Assembly (NCBI GenBank): GCA_050331235.1
Contig: JBHJHA010000046.1
Span: 11,862 to 75,861, forward strand
Source of the DNA: Leptolyngbyaceae cyanobacterium
GTDB lineage: Bacteria > Cyanobacteriota > Cyanobacteriia > Phormidesmidales > Phormidesmidaceae
Length of the DNA: 64,000 bases
Direction: 5' to 3'
The notes under the pieces are model-generated. The model saw nothing but the letters and a program-made list of their open reading frames with translations. It did not search any database and was not told where the DNA came from. Positions 59,043 through 64,000 of this stretch are shown piece after piece. The position numbers were made by a program, and so were the translations under genes. Numbering within the stretch: the first letter of the stretch is position 1; each line of letters starts with the position of its first letter.

Positions 59043-59866
59043 ACCAGTTTGCTAATCAACTTTCTCCGAGTACTCCGCCATCGGTCGCGATCCCAACCAC
59101 TAAAGATGGTCTCATTCGCACTGTGGCGATCGCCGCGCGCGACGTATGTTTTTCCTATCCAGACAATCCCGACATTCTCTCGGGGATTGATTTGACCATT
59201 CGTGAAGGGGAGCGGGTGGGGCTAATTGGCCATAATGGCTGCGGCAAGACGACTTTATTCATGCTTCTTTGCGGTATGCTCAAGCCGCAAAGCGGCAGCA
59301 TTCGCTTGTTTGATCAGCCGGTCGAACTCGGACAGTTTCGCCCTGAGGTCGGATTCCTATTCCAAGATCCTGAGGATCAGTTATTTTCTCCCTCGGTAAA
59401 AGACGACATCGCCTTTGGACCGCAAAACTTGGGGTTGTCAGAGGTTGAAGTGATTGAGCGGGTCGAGGCCGCCTTGGAAATTACCGGCATTCAAGCGCTG
59501 GCGGGCCGCCCCCCCCATCATCTCTCGGGCGGAGAAAAACAAATGGTGGCGATCGCGGGGCTGATGGCAATGTGTCCCCGCATTTTGCTCTGTGACGAAC
59601 CGACTGCTAGCCTCGACTTACGGACCCGCCGCCGGCTGATTCAGTTCTTACAAAAGGCCGGTGAAACGTTGCTCTTGGCATCCCACGATTTGGAGTTTTT
59701 GCTAGAGGTCTGCGATCGAGTCGTACTAATTGATGAGGGACGCATTATTGCCGATGGCGACCCCACTGGAATTATGGGTGATCAGCCACTGATGGAGGCC
59801 CATGGACTCGAAAAGCCCCACTCCCTGATTCCCCATATTGATCCCCATCACATCAGAACCGATTAG
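59039..59866 (+). CDS. cbiO: ECF ATPase NikO/CbiO
   Basis: GHNGCGKT, FQDPEDQLF, LSGGEK, DEPT. Confidence 0.92.
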   Translation: MNQFANQLSPSTPPSVAIPTTKDGLIRTVAIAARDVCFSYPDNPDILSGIDLTIREGERVGLIGHNGCGKTTLFMLLCGMLKPQSGSIRLFDQPVELGQFRPEVGFLFQDPEDQLFSPSVKDDIAFGPQNLGLSEVEVIERVEAALEITGIQALAGRPPHHLSGGEKQMVAIAGLMAMCPRILLCDEPTASLDLRTRRRLIQFLQKAGETLLLASHDLEFLLEVCDRVVLIDEGRIIADGDPTGIMGDQPLMEAHGLEKPHSLIPHIDPHHIRTD

Positions 59867-60203
59867 CGGTGAATGCCCAAGGCTGCCGGTCTTTATCGAT
59901 GATTTTTGATGTCTCAGTCTGCTTGTCCATTTGGCAATATCAGCCATTTTGGTCTGGTCCATTGCGATATCGCTATGGCACCATAACTGAGCTAACCAGC
60001 AAGACCCATCAAAAATTAGCGTTTAATTAGTCTTAAATCATCGTCCGCTATTTCTTCATGCCGCGTTAATGTTGAAAACCCATACTGTCTCCGAACGTTT
60101 TTATCTACCTGTTTGCTGATTGAAGAGAATACTGAAGTTGGTATTCTCTGAGCTGCAGAGCGAGCGATAGCGTTTCGCTAGTCCTAATTTGGAGAATATT
60201 TCT

Positions 60204-60539
60204 ATGGGCTTTTTAGGTAAGCTGTTTGGCAGAGATGAAGAAGAAAAGGCGAAGTCGACCCCGTCAGTTTCAGTAGCAAAAGCTTCGAAGGATAACTCGA
60301 TTCCTCCAGAAAAAGTTGGCCTCGACGGCAAGTTTGATGAAAGCGGCTTGGCTAAGCGCGTTGCTAAAGCTTTGGATGATGCCGGTATTTCTGATGAGAT
60401 TGGTCTTTGGGTTGCTCAAAAAGGCAGCACGGTAGTCCTCAAATACAATGACGATGCTAAGAGCGTTCTCAGCCAGGCAGAACGAGTTGCCAAGGGTGTA
60501 GAAGGTGCTGATGACTGCGAAACTGTACCGAACTCATAG
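60204..60539 (+). CDS. BON-like putative phospholipid-binding protein
   Basis: MGFLGKLFG, IPPEKVGLDGKFDESGLAKRVA, WVAQKGSTVVLK, AKGVEGA. Confidence 0.7.
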   Translation: MGFLGKLFGRDEEEKAKSTPSVSVAKASKDNSIPPEKVGLDGKFDESGLAKRVAKALDDAGISDEIGLWVAQKGSTVVLKYNDDAKSVLSQAERVAKGVEGADDCETVPNS

Positions 60540-60569
60540 TTACTAACTAACTTGCATCAATGGGTTTTT

Positions 60570-60613
60570 AGAGATGCGTCTGTCTGTCTAAATGGATAGA
60601 TGACGCATCTTTT
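60570..60613 (+). terminator. Hairpin terminator downstream of the BON-like gene
   Basis: AGATGCGTC...GACGCATCT followed by T-tract. Confidence 0.65.
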
Positions 60614-60767
60614 CTGGATAACGACCCAACACCAATTACCCAGATAGTTCGCACCGTTAGAGCAACTTGTTTTCAGACATATTTCTTGGAACACAGGCCT
60701 GAGTAGCTGTTTGGGAAAAGACCTTAGGAGAGCTGATGCTTCTTTAAAGCATCAGTATTTCAATAGC

Positions 60768-61139
60768 TCAAGTCGCCAAATCGTCGAGGATGTTCACTGG
60801 TTGTTGCCAAATAACAAGAACTAAGCATCCTTCATCACTGATAACTTTATGGTCGGTTGCAGGTGAGTTGATGACCAGCGACCCCGCTGGATAGGTCTGA
60901 TGCTGATCGCGCTGCGACCCTGAGAGCACGATGATGTGTTCATATCCTGGATGCTCATGGCGGGGCACCTCAGCTCCTGGTTCATACCAAAGTAGGGCGG
61001 CAGCGGGACCTTGAGTGCCATCACCATAGAGACGGTGAATCTTGACTCCAGGACGAAAGGCCTGCCAGCTCAGCGTATCAAGGCGATCGCCCAACGACCA
61101 AATCCCGGACCAAACTAAGGGTGAATCAGTCACAATCAA
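60768..61139 (-). CDS. ChrR-like cupin domain protein
   Basis: PGAEVPRHEHPGYEHIIVLSG, GSLVINSP...H. Confidence 0.85.
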   Translation of the reverse strand: MIVTDSPLVWSGIWSLGDRLDTLSWQAFRPGVKIHRLYGDGTQGPAAALLWYEPGAEVPRHEHPGYEHIIVLSGSQRDQHQTYPAGSLVINSPATDHKVISDEGCLVLVIWQQPVNILDDLAT

Positions 61140-61203
61140 ACTGCTGCCAATCTGTCATCTGCTTGCCTCAGCCAACCGTTTTCGCTAATCGTCAAGAACT
61201 GCG

Positions 61204-62754
61204 TTAGTGCCCAGCCATCCGCTGGCCAATCGTCGGTAAATCGGCGTTGGCGATCGCACTTTCATACACCAACTCCCCCTCACTCATGACCAAAATGCGA
61301 TCGCTGAGGGCTAGCAGCTCGTCCAGGTCTTCGCTAACGAGCAAAACCGCCACCCCTCGGTTGCGCGCTTCGATAATCATGTCGTGGATAAAATCAACGG
61401 CAGCAAAATCGAGACCAAAGCTCGGGTTGGCAGCAATCAAGAGCGAGACATCTTGGGCCGATAGCTCCCGAGCTAACACCGTCCGCTGCACGTTCCCACC
61501 AGAGAGGTGACTAATCGGCGTTTCAACCGAAGGTGTTTTGACTGCAAAGGCCTGCACCAGGCCCATCGCTGCTTGGCGAATCGCGTTGAGCACCAGTAGC
61601 CAGCTCCATTTAGCTTGAGGCGGGCGATCAAAGGTTCGCAGGGCCATATTTTCAGCCACGCTCATCCCCGGTACACAGGCATTTTTGAGAGGTTCTTCGG
61701 GGAGGGCATAGACTCGATGCTTCGCCATCTCGGCCCGGGTGGCGGTGTAAACTGCACCGTTGACCCGCCGTTCGCCTTGGGTCGGCAGCCGCTGCCCCGA
61801 GAGACATTCCACAAACTCTCGCTGCCCATTTCCCGAGACACCGGCGATACCGACAATTTCACCGGCATGGACCTGCAGGTTTAGCCCCGCGATCGCCGGC
61901 AGGCCGTTGTCTTTGTTGGCATAAAGATTGACCACCGACAACACCGGCACCGAGGATTCCGTCGCCGTTTTGGTCGCCGTTTGATGCTGGCGTTTTTGGC
62001 CCAACATCATCTCAGCCATGGCTTCGATGCTCAAATCCTTCACCTGTCCGCGTCCAGCCACCTTACCCCGGCGCAAAACCGTCACCTCATCAGCAAAGGC
62101 CTGCACCTCCCGAAACTTGTGGGTAATCAGCAACACGCTTAGTTGCCCTTGGGCGACGGCCGCTCTCAGCAGCCCCAAGACCTCATCCGCTTCAGCCGGC
62201 GTGAGGACAGATGTGGGTTCGTCCAAAATCAGCAAGCGGCTTTCTAGGTAGAGCTGTTTGAGAATTTCCAGCTTTTGCTTTTGACCCGCTGCCAGCTGTG
62301 CCACTGGCATCGTGAGATCAACGGCAAAAGGGGCCTGTGCCATGAATGTTTGCAGTTGCTCAAGCTCTCGTTTCCAATTGATGAAGGTCTGATTGTCGTA
62401 GCGAGCCAAAACGAGATTTTCAGCCACGGTCATGGCCGGGACTGAGGTGAAATGCTGATACACCATACCGATGCCGCAGGCGTGGGCATCCTTGGGGCTG
62501 TTGATCGTCTGGGACTGTTGATTAATCAAAATTTGCCCGGCGGTGGGGTGATGGAACCCCATAACGCATTTTACTAAGGTGCTCTTGCCAGCGCCATTTT
62601 CGCCTAGCAGGGCGTGTACGGTTCCGGGCCGCAAGGTCAGAGAAACGCTGTCTAACGCGGTAAAACTACCAAACCGTTTGGTCATGTTGACTACCTCTAG
62701 CTGGGGCGGCACCTCAGCCTTGGTTGATTGACCCAAAAGAGTAACTGTTTCCAT
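61204..62754 (-). CDS. CUT2-type (nucleoside/sugar) ABC transporter ATPase with two ABC domains
   Basis: GENGAGKS, DEPTS, LSGGNVQ, VSEDLDE; start at METV. Confidence 0.9.
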   Translation of the reverse strand: METVTLLGQSTKAEVPPQLEVVNMTKRFGSFTALDSVSLTLRPGTVHALLGENGAGKSTLVKCVMGFHHPTAGQILINQQSQTINSPKDAHACGIGMVYQHFTSVPAMTVAENLVLARYDNQTFINWKRELEQLQTFMAQAPFAVDLTMPVAQLAAGQKQKLEILKQLYLESRLLILDEPTSVLTPAEADEVLGLLRAAVAQGQLSVLLITHKFREVQAFADEVTVLRRGKVAGRGQVKDLSIEAMAEMMLGQKRQHQTATKTATESSVPVLSVVNLYANKDNGLPAIAGLNLQVHAGEIVGIAGVSGNGQREFVECLSGQRLPTQGERRVNGAVYTATRAEMAKHRVYALPEEPLKNACVPGMSVAENMALRTFDRPPQAKWSWLLVLNAIRQAAMGLVQAFAVKTPSVETPISHLSGGNVQRTVLARELSAQDVSLLIAANPSFGLDFAAVDFIHDMIIEARNRGVAVLLVSEDLDELLALSDRILVMSEGELVYESAIANADLPTIGQRMAGH

Positions 62755-62815
62755 AAAGCGATGGGGACGTAAATGGATAGCAAAGCAGTGGCTACAAAGG
62801 CTGAAGTCACAAAAG

Positions 62816-63499
62816 CTAGGGCTCGATCGCATCAATGAAGTCTGCCGAAGTGGCCACCGCCCCGAAGACTCCCCCCTGCATTTTGATCATTTTGAGAGCC
62901 GCCAGATAATTGCCGTAGTCGGTAGCGCCGGTGCAGTCAGACAGTAACAAACATTCATAGCCACGATCGTTGGCTTCGCGCATGGTCGTATGGACACAAA
63001 CGTCGGTCGTGATGCCAGTCAAAATGACATTCTGAATGCTTCCTCGGCTTAGCAGCAGATCCAGATCGGTGGCATAAAACGCCCCTTTGCCGGGTTTATC
63101 AATAATCGCCTCTCCCGGCAGGGGCGCTAATTCTGGAATAATTTCCCACCCCGGTTCACCGCGCACCAAGCTCTTGCCGCAGGGTCCTGGCTCTCCAATA
63201 CCTGCGCCAATCTGTCGAGATCGCCACTGCTTGTTAGCTGGCAAGTCAGATAAATCAGGGCGATGGCCTTCACGAGTGTGCAAAATGGTGTAGCCCAAAG
63301 CCCTCATCGCAGCTAATAGCTTCTTGAGTGGTGCGATGGGGGCCCGAGTTAGCGTTAAGTCGTACCCCATCTTGTCGACATAGCCGCCCTCACCGCAAAA
63401 GTCCGTTTGCATATCGATCACGATGAGCGCTGTGTTATCAGGGCGCAAGTCACCATTATATGGATAAGGATAAGGGTCAGCGTTGACGGTACGTCCCAT
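62816..63499 (-). CDS. biuH: Biuret amidohydrolase (isochorismatase-like cysteine hydrolase)
   Basis: [47 protein letters not shown] and MQGGVFG closely match Rhizobium BiuH as recalled. Confidence 0.85.
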   Translation of the reverse strand: MGRTVNADPYPYPYNGDLRPDNTALIVIDMQTDFCGEGGYVDKMGYDLTLTRAPIAPLKKLLAAMRALGYTILHTREGHRPDLSDLPANKQWRSRQIGAGIGEPGPCGKSLVRGEPGWEIIPELAPLPGEAIIDKPGKGAFYATDLDLLLSRGSIQNVILTGITTDVCVHTTMREANDRGYECLLLSDCTGATDYGNYLAALKMIKMQGGVFGAVATSADFIDAIEP

Positions 63500-64000
63500 G
63501 GCTTAAGTCAGTCAGATTCCTTTGGAGGTTTATCATCTCGTCTGTAGCTAGAAGAGTTCAGTGCGAACGGATTGTCGGAAAATTCACAGAGACAAGACCT
63601 GCCAACTGATCAAATTGACGCCGTGTTGAACGGAAGAATCAGCTGTTCTTTAGCTTACGCAGGAAGCCCCTGTCGCCAAGCAAATGGCTTACCGAGTCAG
63701 GACTGACACAGTTCAAGGCGATAGACGCGATTGGTCAAGACTGATGCGAACGGCCTGGCCGCGATCGCAAAGCGCTTTTGGGTGGGAGAGGCAGCTGAGG
63801 GAGCACTCCACCCTTGAAATCCTACTCACCCCGCTAGCCCCAATCCAGTATTGTTTCCTCAGTGATGGAACAGTTCTAATTTCTCATCAGTAATCCCCAT
63901 TCAGTGGGAAGTGAGTTGATCGCTCACAGAGCTGTAGTTCCTCACAACTCCCTCAGATTCGTTCCATTAGGTGTAAACCGTAGCTGCTAGGGTAAATGCT

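Noticed and set aside
60583..60600. TCTGTCT...GGATAGA resembling the stress motif
   Set aside because: Lies inside a terminator hairpin between convergent genes.
1..64000. Very frequent GCGATCGC octamer
   Set aside because: This is the well-known cyanobacterial HIP1; used only as a lineage and foreign-DNA marker.
1..64000. Many short antisense or overlapping ORFs in the track (e.g. 6431-7054, 14225-14716, 42234-42818)
   Set aside because: Shadow frames of well-supported genes with no recognisable motifs.

Overview
64 kb of a cyanobacterial chromosome (frequent HIP1 octamer GCGATCGC; gene content resembles filamentous Leptolyngbya/Nodosilinea-type strains). It carries about 52 CDS. Housekeeping genes include manC (5' end), an LCP protein, glyS, murD, an RlhA-type U32 protein and a SNF2 ATPase. 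A ~10 kb putative general-stress/desiccation cluster (2038-12372) is bracketed by two histidine kinases. Also present are a RexT-trxA-alkene reductase redox module, surface-polysaccharide genes, a nickel-type ECF importer operon with an InrS/CsoR-like operator, and a biuret hydrolase-ABC ATPase-cupin unit. The most notable signal is a degenerate 7-2-7 palindrome (consensus about TCTRYCT-NN-AGRYAGA) in front of eight genes, seven in the stress cluster plus a distant BON-like gene; in six it lies 22-23 nt upstream of a TANNNT -10 box, suggesting an activator regulon. Other signals: an inverted pair of ~112-bp MITE-like elements around two genes, an AT-rich insert with an RX4H (HEPN-like) orphan next to decayed tandem paralogs, and tandem 19-21 bp duplications. 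No rRNA, tRNA or CRISPR array was recognised. All calls come from reading the sequence; no database search was run.
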